Shown piece by piece: positions 44,377 through 58,489 of a DNA stretch of 64,000 nt. The notes under the pieces were generated by a model. It saw only the letters and a program-made list of their open reading frames with translations, was not told the DNA's origin and did not search any database. Source of the stretch: Octopus vulgaris (Eukaryota); contig OX597820.1 of NCBI GenBank assembly GCA_951406725.2, positions 38,750,001 to 38,814,000 on the forward strand, in the 5' to 3' direction. The translations under genes were made by a program, and so were the position numbers. Position 1 is the stretch's first letter; each line of letters opens with the position of its first letter.

Positions 44377-46247
44377 TATATATATATATATATATATATT
44401 TCTTTATATTAAAATTTTTATGTATTGATTAAGTCTTTCCTTGTTTGTTTTGCAAAATAGTGGTTTTGTCTCGAATTATATTATATAATATTTTACTATA
44501 AAATTGGATTTAATCCTAAATCTGATTTTTCCCTGTAAATTTGGATTTATTCCCTAATATTTATTATATATATATATATATATATATAATGTGTAGGTGC
44601 GTGTGTGTGTGTATGTACATGCGTGTCTGTGTGTTTCTCTATGTCTGCAAATATATGCGTGTTTGTGTGTGCCAAGTGTGTGTGATATCCAATTGATTTA
44701 GATTTATCTTCACAATCTGCTTTTTTGGCTACTCTTATGTCGTGTCATGTTTTTCGACTCTACTATTTGCTATAAAGTCATTACAACAATAATTACTATA
44801 TTTCAACTCAACAGGTAGTTGAGTTCGGACCCATTTCCCTGAATATTGAAATCGAGCTGAACCTTGGATGTTAAATCTGAAAGACGAAGACACAAAGGTA
44901 GTCGAGGGATCATTAATCTGAGCTTGTAATTAATCTTAATAGAGTTCGTACTCCATTAACATCAATTTTGTTTCCTATCCTTCATTTTCTTTCTCTAGAT
45001 TTTACTTGTAATTTATAGTTCGTCGTCACATTAGATGACGGTTTTTCGTGTTCAGGATTGTCTCAAATTTATACATATGTGATTAATGATTATAGTCGAA
45101 ATTGATCGAAATTCACCATTTGTTGCTTGAATTTGCATATAAAAGTTCCTATTCAAGGGAACATACTGTCGGTTGTTTTTTGTTATAAATTCTACAGATA
45201 TTTTATATATAAAAGGTAACCCGTACCATTTACTTAATGGCAAATTGAAGTGGGTGGACAAGAGAACAATAGGATCGGGGATTTGTATCCGGCAACGAAC
45301 ACTAAGGTATTCATGGCTCAATTCTTTAATACCAGTGGCTGATACCACTTTACTCTCTTGTGGTATATTACAACACAATATGCAATGGTAGTCCTTGAAT
45401 TGATAAAAAAATTTGCTAAATGATAGTCTTGATTTATATTTCCATTGCTGAAAATATTTACTAGTTACATAACAGATTGTAACATATCTTATATATATTT
45501 TACTCAACAGAAAATTATTTTTCATTTCTCTCATTCTCGTTTCCATAGTGTGGTTCCCTACTCGCTTCCACTTCATAATGAACTCCTCATTCTACCCCAA
45601 AAGTCATCTCTGTAAATCTTTTCTTGTGTATGTATTTTTCTTTTCGAATTGTCATTTGTCATCCATGTATAGTTAATGAAAATGGACTTAGACTGAATTG
45701 GTCTCACTGATCTGAGAAGATTCAACCACTTCTAGAAAAGCAAATTTAAAAAGTATGCTATAAAATGTTTTAAATCAACTGAACATGGATCTGGTGGTGC
45801 TTAAGCTATACGATTGGGACTATATTATAGAATAGAGGAATGGAGGTATCAAAGACAAAACACAGTCCAATATTATACTTAATTCAAAACACAATAGATT
45901 GTAAGATATAAGCAGAAGATCGAGGTGAGAAATTGCAGCGCAGCAAAATACTTAGATGGTTTGCTACAGATCAAGATTATCACTTTAGCATTTGTGTAGA
46001 TCAATCTCGATTTTGTGCAGATCTACGTAGCTTGCTAAATTGCGACAGATAAAGCTGGTGTTTTCATCTGCGATAGATGAAAGTTATTATCTGAAATGTA
46101 GAAGATTAAACAGTGGAACTAATTTATAGGGGAAATATAGAGTAATTATCTAATATAATATCAACATGCAGGAAAAATAATAGAAACATGGGAGCTATTT
46201 CATCAAGCCCACGCACCACACACATGTATATATATATACATACACAC

Positions 46248-46291
<44 letters not shown>

Positions 46292-46849
46292 ATGTGTGTG
46301 TTTGTGTGTATGTGTGTGTTTGTGTGTATGTGTGTGCGTGTGCGTTAATACACACGCACACGCGCACACACATACACACGCACGCGAGGTGCACACACTC
46401 ACAGACACACACATACACATGCTCATATACGCGTGAGCACAAACACACACCAACTCATTTGTGCACAATTCTAATAGATCCAGACACTCTGTCGCCATCA
46501 ATTTCCTGTCCAAACACATGGCCATGTAACTGGTGTCGCTTATTAAGTGATACTATCCATCGAGACATCACGTTACCTTCCTTGACCAATTCTAGCCCAT
46601 CTACAGGTCAATCGGTTTCTAACCAGCCTGCAGAGTTAGACACAGTTAAGAGTTTCGAAACTTGAAGTAGCACAGAATCCTAATTAAACTGTTTTAAATA
46701 ATGCATGCAACTCCTAGTAAATGTGTGTATGTGTGGGTGTGTGCGTGTATCAATAGATAGCAATATAAATGCGTATGAAAATTATATACGTGTTGATACA
46801 ACATGTATGGATAAACATATATGTAAGAATGTATATACACTTATAAGCA

Positions 46850-46851
46850 TG

Positions 46852-46885
<34 letters not shown>

Positions 46886-46917
46886 TGTATGTATGTATGT
46901 ATATATATGTATGTATG

Positions 46918-46953
<36 letters not shown>

Positions 46954-46987
46954 TGTATGTATGTATGTATGTATGTATGTATGTATA

Positions 46988-47035
<48 letters not shown>
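46850..47035. repeat. (TATG)n/(TA)n microsatellite
   Basis: Directly visible. Confidence 0.97.
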
Positions 47036-47036
<1 letters not shown>

Positions 47037-47335
47037 GTTTGTTTTCACTGACCTGTTTGTGTTACCAATATCGACCCTCTGCAAAATTCCAAATTCTATT
47101 CAATTTGCTTTGCGGGAGCAACTGTTTCATCGTTATCGAAAGCGTATATTGTTATCAAATGCTCGAAATACGATACTAGAAAAACAGCCAACAATTGATG
47201 AATGATCGTTCTTTATGTTGTTTCTTTTGTTTTTCCTTTGTGTCTTTCGTTGTTCCAAAGCGTAGTTCATGTCCTACGTACTCGTGGTTCGTACCTTTTT
47301 GTTGTACACGTTTCATGACGTCCTGTGCCCACATA

Positions 47336-47416
<81 letters not shown>

Positions 47417-47559
47417 AGATGTATGTACATATACGTATGTATATATGCATATATATTACATATATATATATATATATTTCTATCAATATATTTATATTTA
47501 TATACGTTTCCCGATACACTTGTATCGGGAAGCGTTCTCTGTGAGACAAGCCCCTTATA

Positions 47560-48150
47560 GTTCAGGCTTCCCCCGCTAGAAGCTACTTGATGTGGCCCTC
47601 AGGCATCAGTCTGCAGACGGGCGTCATTCTCTGGAGTCGTATTGCCCTGTGGTGCGTCATTTTTCTGCGGTACGTCATTGTTCTGCGGTGTGTCATTGTT
47701 CTGCAGTGCGATTTTTGCGATTGCTTAAACGAAGGAACAGCGTGTTTCCGTGAAACTATGTCTTCTGCTGGGTAAAAACGGCGACCGAAACAGTTGTAGT
47801 TTCAAACAGCTTTCAAGGACGCTGGCTTGAGCAAAACATAAGTTTTCGAGTGGTTTCTACGCTTTAGGAATGGTCCATTGTCGCTTTAAGATCAACCTCG
47901 TTCAGGACAATCGTCTTCCTTCCGAACGAATGAAAGCATTCGAAAATTCATGAACTGATCTTGGCGAACCGTCGCCGAAAGATTGACCATCTTGTTGCTA
48001 TCGCTGTTGTGTCCTGGAGCTTCTGCCAACGAAATTTGAATAAGGAACTGCAAATGTAAAGAGTTGCAGCAAAATGTGTGCCTCGCTTGTACACGGGAGA
48101 TCAAAAGCAGTCACGACTGAATGCGTGTCGTGAACTGAAAGGACAGTTAT
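47560..48150 (+). mobile_element. Mariner 5' fragment, same family as 30690-31728
   Basis: EQRVSVKLCLLLGK N-terminus; caaggacgctg..gagcaaaaca..., cctcgttcagga..., gagttgcagcaaaat.tgtgc.tcgcttg and cacgactgaatgcgt are shared with the 30.7-kb copy. Confidence 0.85.
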
Positions 48151-49963
48151 AAGTTAAACGTTAGATACTTGGATAGATATGTGTGAAACTGAACTGACTT
48201 TTGACTGTTGACACACATTGCGTACGTGCGCGCACAAGTGCTTGCGTGCACATACACAAACACATACACACAAACACACCGAAACAAATACATATACAGT
48301 GGAAATACAATTATCATTAAGGGAAGAACATTGGCCCAGCGGCTTTAATATGCTCGCATAATCGTTTCTAGGACTTTTCTTTATGTAGCCTCGAGTAATA
48401 CCGATGCCAGTGAGAGTAACCAAACAGATAGATACCGTGGGGAAGCCTGCTAAAGTCATTGCACCTGTAATACAAGGAACTAAACGCATCACATTCTGTG
48501 TGTCAAGCTAAGATCTGTCTTATAAATAACTTTGAAACAAAAGTATACAGTTGCTTCATAGAAATTCATATAGAATGTCATTGAGAACATTCCTGCACTC
48601 TGTCGTTCTGAGAGGCACCTTGTTACTTGAATATTTAAGTGCGTCTTAAGTTTAAATAATGATCATATTTACAATTAAACACTCGATTGTTCCATTATAG
48701 AATACGTATCATATCACATTGATATTTTTCCAGGAAGTGTAATCTAAATCACACAGAGAGAATTATAACACCTTATAGCATTTTTCAATTGTAAACAAAG
48801 ACCATCATTGTGGATTTATTGCAGAAGACTCCACTATATATAGTGAGTAATTTTCAAAATGGCACACACTAAAATAATTTATTTCCCATATAATGGATTT
48901 GCTATACCTAAAAATTAACACATATGGAAACAAAGAAAAAGAGAAACCATTGAAAATGCATTCCCAATAGCCACATGTTCTGCTCTTGTGTGTTTTATGT
49001 ATATCATACTAGAGTACGTAAAGAAACACATTTCGTATGACATTTAAAGAGGTGAATGTGTAACAAATTATCCAACGGTTATTCTTCTCATATCTCACAA
49101 CTAATCGCACATTGACCGGCTTACGTATATCATTGCTTATATAATATTAGGCTACATTTATTATAACTAAAGGCTACATTTATTGTAACAATCGTTTGAA
49201 TAACCAGATCACTTCAGCGACTAATGTATAATACATTCTCGAATTTGAATATGGAGTATTTATGCTATGTTCGTAGACATATATATTCACAAGTCAGCGT
49301 GTATGTGTGCGAGTGTGTGTGAGTGCGTACATGCGTGTGTATGTATGTGTGTGTGTGTACTTGCATATGAATGTATTTAAGCGGTAGAATGCTTTGGAGA
49401 CCATTGCACAGTAAGTGCATATTTCATTGAGGTCAGCTTTCCCTCTCATTAATTAGGTCACGATAAATATCGTATCAGTTTACATTGGCCAATCAACAGA
49501 AACTTTTTAAAGTGCTAAATGGCATAATATGCTACAGCACGAGTTCCGGTATCCTGCACTACTTTGGTTGTAAAAAGTGCACAAACGCCTAAAAACTTGC
49601 ATTCAAAGGTTTAGCGTGGTGAGTTTTGTACACCCCCTAACATTTAATCAGCCTCGATATATTACAGGTCCGCATGTACGCAGGATTAGAAATGTTTTAA
49701 AAGAAAAATTGGCAATACGGAGAATCATGGTAGATTCAACGTAGTGCAGTGGACGATATATTATCTATCAGACTTATTCAACTTTGTGGACACTCAGACA
49801 CCTAGCCACCACCAAATTAATTGGCTTTCGAAGGGACATCAAACATAGAATCATGCACACATTGTATTACTATACGATCCTCCAAAATCGTGAGGCTTTC
49901 TTGAAATGTCCAACATATTCTAGCAAGGAAGGTAGCTGTTACACGGTGATGATGATGATGATG

Positions 49964-50010
<47 letters not shown>

Positions 50011-50016
<6 letters not shown>

Positions 50017-50104
50017 CAAAATAAGCAACAAGGATATCAAGAGATAATGCAGTACGATCGAACTGCATTACCTCTGGATATCTTTGTTGCTTATTTTGAT
50101 TATA
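50011..50104. repeat. 94-bp imperfect palindrome centred on CGATCG
   Basis: tataatcaaaataagcaacaaggatatcaagagataatgcagtacga|tcgaactgcattacctctggatatctttgttgcttattttgattata. Confidence 0.95.
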
Positions 50105-50299
50105 ATCACTCCATTTTGAATTATATGGAAAATACCATACTAAATACTGGTGCCTTTAACTTAAGTACCATATTCAACTGAATCTAAATTTTACTGAACT
50201 TATATATATATATATATATATATATATAGGTATATTCACACATATATATGTGTATGTATGTATACACACACACACATATAAGCATGTATATATATATAC

Positions 50300-50337
<38 letters not shown>

Positions 50338-51002
50338 GGAGAGATGGTCGGAGAGAGGAAAAGAGACTTACACCGACCTATTCAGACATACGTATGTGAG
50401 TTCTTGTGAATGCGCATATCTGTGTATAGATATATGTGTGCGTGATAGAGTTTACTTTTATACACTACGCAAGAAGATGCCAGCATTTTATTAACTTAAA
50501 AACGGCAGACACAGGTACGTCATATTGATAAAAACTAAATTGAGATAAGGATGTTAATGGCGACCGAATTAGATACGATAGTAGAGCATGAATAAAAGGA
50601 ATTCTTTTTTTTCCGCATAATCTATGTCTACAGTCGCGTCTACTGAACGTTCTATGTTGAAAAAATAATGAACAACTAGAAACAATTGGGAACATTTTTT
50701 CCCCTCATCAGATGAATCTATTGTTCGAAAAGCTTCATTTCTATCAACCACCTTCCTTACACATACGATTATTATCGGTTATACGCACACATATGCATAT
50801 AATGGTAACTACCTGCAATCTGACATCAGTCACACATAGATATACATAGACATACATAAACTACATCAATGAATACCGTTCCGCATTGATACATGCGCAC
50901 CACGCACACGCATACTGACGCAAACAAGTACGCTTGTTCGTAAATGTACATGCGAGAATAGAGCGTCGCCATGTTTGTGTGCGTGTGTCTATACATACAC
51001 AG

Positions 51003-51048
<46 letters not shown>

Positions 51049-51111
51049 GCATATATAGGTAGTATATATATATATATATATATATACATACATACATATA
51101 TACATACATAC

Positions 51112-51153
<42 letters not shown>

Positions 51154-51168
51154 GTATACGTATATGTA

Positions 51169-51199
<31 letters not shown>

Positions 51200-51975
51200 G
51201 TGTGTGTCTGTGTGTATCTATATCTATCTATGTGCGTATGTATGTATGAATGTATATATGTGCATATATATATATACATATATATATATATATTTATAAG
51301 CACTCATACGTCTGTGTGCACACACATGGACTCACACACATTCATTACCACGCGCTCATATATACGTGTATGTATGAACACAGAACTAAATAGAAAACAA
51401 TTTAAAATATCATCAAAAGATAATTGCTATTTATATATTGGAAATTTTCATTTTAATTATATGCCATTTGTATCGCTGTCTGTGATATAGATTGCCTTGT
51501 TTGACGTAGACAGTAGCTTAATTTGGGTTATTTTTTTACATTATATCTTGTATGCTACATTCTGTAACATGTATTCAACCGTTCAATATACACCTGTTGA
51601 AATGTTACTTCGTATACCTCCGTCTGTGTACACCGACATTAAAGTAATTTTGCACAACATGTGCTGCACTCAATGATAAAAGTTTTTTACGTGTTACAGT
51701 TTACTCATCCGATTACTATGGTTAACTTTTAAAATAATTTCAGAACAAATATACACTCACACGCACACACATACACACAGATACACACACGCAAACGCAC
51801 GTGTGTACACACACGCAGACGTACACACACACAAACACGCGCGCGCTCATACACACACGCGCACACACTGAGTCTTACACGCACAATCACCCACAAATGT
51901 ACACACATAAATGCATACATCATCCAAGGGCTTCTATAATTTTTATACATCCAACTATTTGGCCATAGATAACAA

Positions 51976-52132
51976 TCCCCGTCACTTAGCGGTTCGGCAA
52001 AAGAGACCGATAGAATAAGTACTGGGCTTACAAAGAATAAGTCCCGGGGTCGAGTTGCTCGACTAAAGGCGGTGCTCCAGCATGGCCGCAGTCAAATGAC
52101 TGAAACAAGTAAAAGAGTAAAAAGAGTAAAAT
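51976..52132 (+). mobile_element. SINE family A, 3' half
   Basis: cccgtcacttagcggttcggcaaaagagaccgatagaataagtact...gtgctccagcatggccgcagtcaaatgactgaaacaagtaaaagagtaaaaagag; matches the reverse complement of the 14.5 and 15.3 kb copies. Confidence 0.85.
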
Positions 52133-52365
52133 AGTATATACACACACACATATACGCATGGTTGGTCAAAAGTCACCCGACAGTAATTAAAAATCCCATA
52201 AATATTTAATATTCAATTTTATTTATTCATTCCATTTATGAATATTTAATAATTGAATGTTGTGAGTTAAAATCACGGATTTTTTAAAACAACATTTGTC
52301 TAATTATTAGCGAAGTCTCATAGAAAATTAGCAAATGATTGAAACAAGTAAAAGATAAAGATAAG

Positions 52366-52425
<60 letters not shown>

Positions 52426-52929
52426 TTAATTACGCTCATTATTATAGTAAAAAAAATATGCATATTTCTGAATAACTATATGTATAAATCTATTTGCTGA
52501 TCAATTCAGCACTACAGCGCTGATTGGGGCGTAACAGCCCTTATTTGTTCCTTAGTTGCAAACATACATAACACTGTCATTTGCCTAAATTAATTCTAGA
52601 GATTTGACATTCAAATCTGAAATTATGATCCTTTGGTTCAGAATCACAAACTAATACCGCTAGTCTTTTCTTCTTAACTTGCAAAGACGTTTTATGAATA
52701 AAAGAAGTTATTTTTTTCTTACACCATTCAGTACGTAATTTAGTACATTTATCAAAATATTACCATATTTATATTATTTCTATTTTATTTGTTGGACAAC
52801 CTAAATCTAATTTAATTTGAATCTATAAATCTTCTCCTGTGAATATATTAGATTCCAAGGAATAATATGAGAAATCTAGTGCAAAGATTAGTCGAAAAAT
52901 CTTTATCATTATTTACACTGATTTAAATA

Positions 52930-53075
52930 TCTTTATTATCAAATTTTGGCACCAGGCCAGCATGTTCGGGGGAGAGGGGGTAAGTCGATTACATTGATCC
53001 CACTGGTAGTTAGCTGCTACGTATTTTATCGACGGCCAATAGATGAGATGCAAAGTCGAGATTACACAAGCCTCG
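52930..53075 (-). mobile_element. SINE family B fragment
   Basis: caaattttggcaccaggccagca...taagtcgattacattgatcccac... is the reverse complement of the unit 3' end at about 22170-22245. Confidence 0.75.
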
Positions 53076-53219
53076 TTCGTCTTCAATAAAAATGAAGTAC
53101 TGTCCAAGTGTATATCTGGAATTTTTAGTGATCTTGAGGGAAAAAGAGAGAGAAGGGGAGGGAGCTAGTAAGGGAGGGAGAGAGAGAGGGGAGAATGAAT
53201 ATATCTATTCCCCATTTTT

Positions 53220-53483
53220 ATTCAGTTCTTGTTTTCGTATATATTCGCTGCTTTTTTCCAAGTAATCTAATGCTCTTAGACTTATTTTGCTTGGGACCGG
53301 CCAGATTGGAGAAATCTCGTGTATAGCCAGCCGAAATTGCAAAGATAATCTGGAACTCGATTGAGGAAAGAAAACTCCGAATGACCCGTCCTTGTTTTCT
53401 TTGTATCGTCTATCTAGATGTTTTGTTGTCCCTTTCTTTTATCACCTGTCTGGATGTTTTGCGTTCTTGTCCCATTTTGTGTG

Positions 53484-53486
<3 letters not shown>
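53220..53486 (+). mobile_element. PLE pLTR-like remnant with degenerate hammerhead-like motifs
   Basis: ccagatt...ccGAAAttgc...aatctgg (53301-53353), followed by ttgaggaa; pyrimidine-rich tail runs into (TA)n. Confidence 0.4.
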
Positions 53487-53555
<69 letters not shown>

Positions 53556-54039
53556 TTATGTATGTATATATATATATATATATATATGCATGTATATACA
53601 AATACATTATTATACATTGGTATGTGTCTGTGTTCATGCATGAGTGCGCTTGCGTGTTTGTGTGTATGTGTGTGTAGGTATCATGAGGGGAATGAGTGCG
53701 TTCCCTGTATAAGAGATGTTGAAATTATTATTTCACATTTCGAATCATGTGTGTCATTTGAAGCATGCTCATGACTTTCGGGATTCCAAGAAATAGATAA
53801 TTGAATCATGTTATAAGGATTGTCAGTAATAATGTGAATATGTTCAAATATATAAGTAAATATAATTTTTTTTTTATGTGGTACAGGTCTTTTAGAAGAG
53901 CTAATTTCTTGGACACATGCTCACACAAAACACACACACAAACAAAAACACATACAAAGGTATATATATATATATAAATGTACGCGTGTGCGTTCATGGG
54001 TTTGGTAGAATAAACGGGACAGATAGAACTTCATATATG

Positions 54040-54240
54040 AGTGTATATTAACACGATGAGACAAATAATTAGTGGTATTTTGTCCGTCTTCACATTATGA
54101 GTTCAAATTCCACCAAGGTGAACTTTACCGTTCATGTTTTGGGGGTCGAGAAAATAATTACCAATTGAGCACTGGGGTCGATGTAATCGACTATCCGATC
54201 CTCGACATTACTTGCTTTGTCTCAAAATTTCAAATCAATG
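54040..54240 (+). mobile_element. SINE family B copy
   Basis: gagttcaaattccaccaaggtgaacttt...gggggtcgag...ttgagcactggggtcgatgtaatcgact. Confidence 0.75.
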
Positions 54241-54561
54241 TACGAATGTACATGCATGCCATATACTGATTTTCCGTTTTGTTTTTCCTGGGCAGTAAGT
54301 TATAAAAGAAACTGAAGGCTTCATAACGTCACACGTGAAAGTATCAGCTCTCCAGCCACTTCTGTGATTAACTGCGGATTATAAAGTATATATGTGTACG
54401 TGTGTGTGTGTATGTACACGTGTTTGTGTATGTGTGCATGCGTGTCCTGATATGCATTCGTTAGCACAAAGGGAGACAATGATGCTTTTGTTGACATTTC
54501 ACTTCCGTATCTCGCTTTTGCGTTGTATAAATGGTATAAATATACCTGACTGGTTGAAGGT

Positions 54562-54673
54562 AGTTATGTATGGATGTATAAAGGTATGGAATAATATATG
54601 CAAGAACCTGCAAGTTATGTATGGATGTATAAAGGTATGGAATAATATATGCAAGAACCTGCAAGTTATGTAT
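54562..54673. repeat. Perfect 51-bp tandem duplication (2.2 copies)
   Basis: agttatgtatggatgtataaaggtatggaataatatatgcaagaacctgca x2 plus agttatgtat. Confidence 0.97.
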
Positions 54674-55141
54674 AGATCCATGCATTTAAATATCTACGTT
54701 CTATTTTATATTTTTCAATTTAGTCGCCAGAATTCGCTACTCAGAAATGTACTTGCGAATGCATATGTGTTAGCCTCAACGTATGTTCCTATATGGATCA
54801 CTTCATTTACACAAGAAATCGGGAATATCTTGTACACAACTTTGTGCATAGACGTATACTGTTTGTTATACGCTTCAGGTGAGTGAACGCAGGGGTATTA
54901 GATAATGCGAAAACGGCATTACGTCAGAAAGAGTTAATTCAATTATCTCCTTTTCAATAGGAATTTTTTCATTCTATTCAAGTGACGATGATTTCTCTTG
55001 TCTGTTATATGGCTTCAGCGCCAAATCACTGCTGGTCAATCGGGAGATTAGATTTTCTGCGCTATGTTTATATCATTTCCAACAAAAAAGGGAGGAAGAC
55101 GAAATACACGTAGCCGTGTTCATTGGAATTTTCAGTTTTAC

Positions 55142-55202
<61 letters not shown>

Positions 55203-55680
55203 ATATATATAAAATTGAATATTATTGAATATTACTATTACTATTAATATTGAATATTAAATTGAATATTATATATATGCATATGCATGAACAAATATTT
55301 AGATTCATCTATGGACAAATATTGGATCTAGATTAGTGAACGGCCCTTTGTCTTATGGTGAGATATCTAGAAAGAAGTATTAACTTGTATATACACTCTT
55401 AGGCACAAACTCTTCAGGTGCTGCAAATTTGCTAATGAAATATTGGTGTGTTTGTGTGTGTATGTGTGTGTGTGTGTGCGTGTTTGTGTTTTATGCGAAT
55501 GTGAGTAGGTGTGCGTGTGGGAGAGAATGAGCAAAGAAAAGAGAGAAGGTAAGTTTGAGAGAAAGAAACCGGAAAAGTTGGGGGAAGGGAAAAGATTTAA
55601 CAGACGGGTACTGACTCTATTGACTAAAAGTACGGAGCACATAGATATGTACAAAGCGCTAATGTCAGCACAGAATCGAT

Positions 55681-55743
<63 letters not shown>

Positions 55744-55744
55744 T

Positions 55745-55779
<35 letters not shown>

Positions 55780-56169
55780 TATAGATAGATATAAATATGT
55801 GTCTGTGTGTATGTGAGAGTGCGTGGCATTATGTATAGCTGATCAAAGTGTGTTTTATTACTATGCATGCTTTCTATTTTATTGAATGAATTATATAAAA
55901 TGCATAGTATATATATATTGATTTCCCACATAAATATTAATACGAGCGGAAAATAAATTGTTTTTGTAGAAGCTTTATGCATTTCAGAGGTATTCCATTT
56001 TTTCCTCTGTTATTCAATATTTCCATATTTTCATAGAGACATGTTTTATATGTGATGTATACTTTGAAGAAGAATGAACAGGAGAGGTTCATTCACACAC
56101 ACACACACACATGTACGATGGATTCTCTTGTCGTAAACTACAAATGAGGGTTCAGTAAACTAAAGCAGT

Positions 56170-57090
56170 AATCATGTTTTTTGAACACGCATGTGTCTCT
56201 TCAGGCCTGCTGGTTCCTTGCAAACTTTTTGCCAAATGGAACAAGTTTAGGACTCAATTTGGTCAAGTGCTTATCTATCATTTGCTATGGGTTTTCTTGA
56301 GTGGACGTCAAGGCTTGCTTTGCATCGTGCCACAAGATTACAATGACAAGTAAGATTTCCATTTAGTGGAGCAGCGTTTTGGTAGAGTACCATCATGCTT
56401 GTGCGAAGTTGGCTCCGATGTTGGTGCCGACTTTGCTCGAATTTCTGAAATGAGGTGAAGCAGGACTAGCGCCAGATCATGCGCTGTGATGCTTTGTTTT
56501 CTCAGGAAGACAGGAGAATGTTACATCGCTTCAGATTGTCTTTTAATTTGTCTTTGAAGCGTACGTAAGAGTGGCCTTCCAACTAAACTTCCTGTTGGGA
56601 ATTGGCCAACGAGAAGTTGCTTCGGAATTCTATCACTCATATATGACAGATGACCTGACCATCTAAGCTGTATTTTGATGAGAATGGCTTCAATACTTGA
56701 TATGCTGCATTTTGTTTGAATATCACTGTTACAAATATGGTCATTCGGTGTTATGCTGGTGATAGTACACAAGCATCGCATGTGAAAATATCGTCCAGCT
56801 GGTTGATGTGCTTTGGGTGCAGGGTCCAAGATTCAGCACCACAAAGCAATGATGTGAAAATCACCGACTTATATATATTGAGTTCCAAAGCCTATGATAA
56901 AATTTACCTAACATGGAACTAGCCTCTTCGATTCTGGATTCAAGTTCTTTACCCATCTTAGCATCATTGCACACAATGGAACCAAGATAAGTGGAGGAAA
57001 CTGTTTTTTAGGCTTTCCCATCAGCATTGTACAGTAGGAGGTACACTTTGCATAATTTTAGCTTTTTAATGATGACACACCGCTGGCAAG
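56170..57090 (-). mobile_element. Degraded RTE (BovB-like) LINE 3' region
   Basis: YLGSIVCNDAKMGKELESRIEEAS, SIEAILIKIQLRWSGHLSYMSDRIPKQLL..GRPLLR, terminal C2H2-like TCSIWQKVCKEPAGLKRHMRVQ. Confidence 0.9.
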
Positions 57091-57119
57091 CAGACCAACA
57101 TTCCCTACGATCTGAACGA

Positions 57120-57275
57120 TACCCCATCACGGGGTTAGCAAGGTACAACTGAATGGACTGAAACTACGTGAAAATGTTCTGTTCATGAACAAAATGCGTC
57201 ACTCGGTCCAGGAATCGAACCGTGATCGCTAGATCGTGAGAACTGACCCCTAATAACTAGGCTACACGTCTTCAC
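57120..57275 (-). mobile_element. tRNA-derived SINE (family C-like)
   Basis: Head gtgaagacgtgtagcctagttattagggg...ggttcgattcctggac on the minus strand. Confidence 0.65.
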
Positions 57276-57295
57276 ACACACATACACATACACAG

Positions 57296-57342
<47 letters not shown>

Positions 57343-57544
57343 CTTTCTATGCTCTACGTTATATATTTTAATAATTACTGGTATTTTTATATTCCATGTA
57401 TTATATATGTAAAGCATAATATGTTATATATGTATGTATAGTGTTATAATTTAAAAAAAGAAATAAATAGATATAATATAATGTCTAAAAGTTGATGAAT
57501 ACTACCTCTTGAACCCCTCCATTTTCTTATTGCTGAATATGTGT

Positions 57545-57614
<70 letters not shown>

Positions 57615-58489
57615 GTGTGTGTGTGCGTGTGTGTGTGTGTATAAGCCCCTGCGTGCGCGTATGTGTAGAGATACGCATACATTAAGAAATGGAATGAACA
57701 ACATTCTTTATTTAAAATTACTACAATTGTTTCGACACAGTTTTACACCTTTAATACACAGGAGTGATGTTACGCAACCATTATCAAGCATCTAAGATGT
57801 AGAATGCGCCTCTTAAGGTAATATTTAAATAAGTTCTTCGTTAGATTCTCTCACCATTTTACTCAGTGAGATAATGCAACCTCAAAGTGATGTGTTATTC
57901 CCAGCAGTTTAGAGACAAAAAAAAAAAACATAGACATAATCAATGATAAAATACAATTACAATCAAAATACTATATACAGATATGTAAAAATGAACAAAT
58001 TTTTAAAAAATAAAATGCAAAAAAGTGTCATTCGACTTATAAATCATATTTCTATCTGGATGGTTACTGCGTAAGGAAAATAGTTCTGAAAAGAGTGAAG
58101 AATAAAATGAAGAGTGAAATAAACTACTGAGAGTTAATAAGGTGATAAGGAGGTTGAGAATGACCGTTTCGGTAATATACACTTGTCTTTTTTTGGATGT
58201 CAATTACCTATCTTCTCCCGTGACAAAACAACAGACTCCATGATACTCACCCACATGACTCCCACGAGGCAGGTGGGTGCGTACCTGCGGATGAGCATGC
58301 GGGCGCGCACGCGTATCTTTAGGTGTCCGTGTGTATATATTTCATTTCACGTTATTATACTGTTTTACTCTCCTGTGTTTATGTTAGTTGAAATACATAG
58401 GGGAAATATATAGATGCGCATGCGTGTGCATTTTATAAATACATACATGTGTGTAGATAAATATAAAAATATACAGAAAAATAGCGTGT

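Noticed and set aside
45052-45576. 174-aa minus ORF, and a possible plus-strand exon (ctacag|...aag|gtattc)
   Set aside because: No recognisable domain and no supporting neighbouring exons; would need RNA-seq or homology
46475-46665. Possible terminal exon DPDTLSPSISCPNTWPCNWC...
   Set aside because: Weak acceptor and no recognisable protein similarity
50685-50715. Hammerhead on the minus strand (CTGATGA-GGGG...CCC)
   Set aside because: The GAAA box and stem III are missing; at best a half-motif
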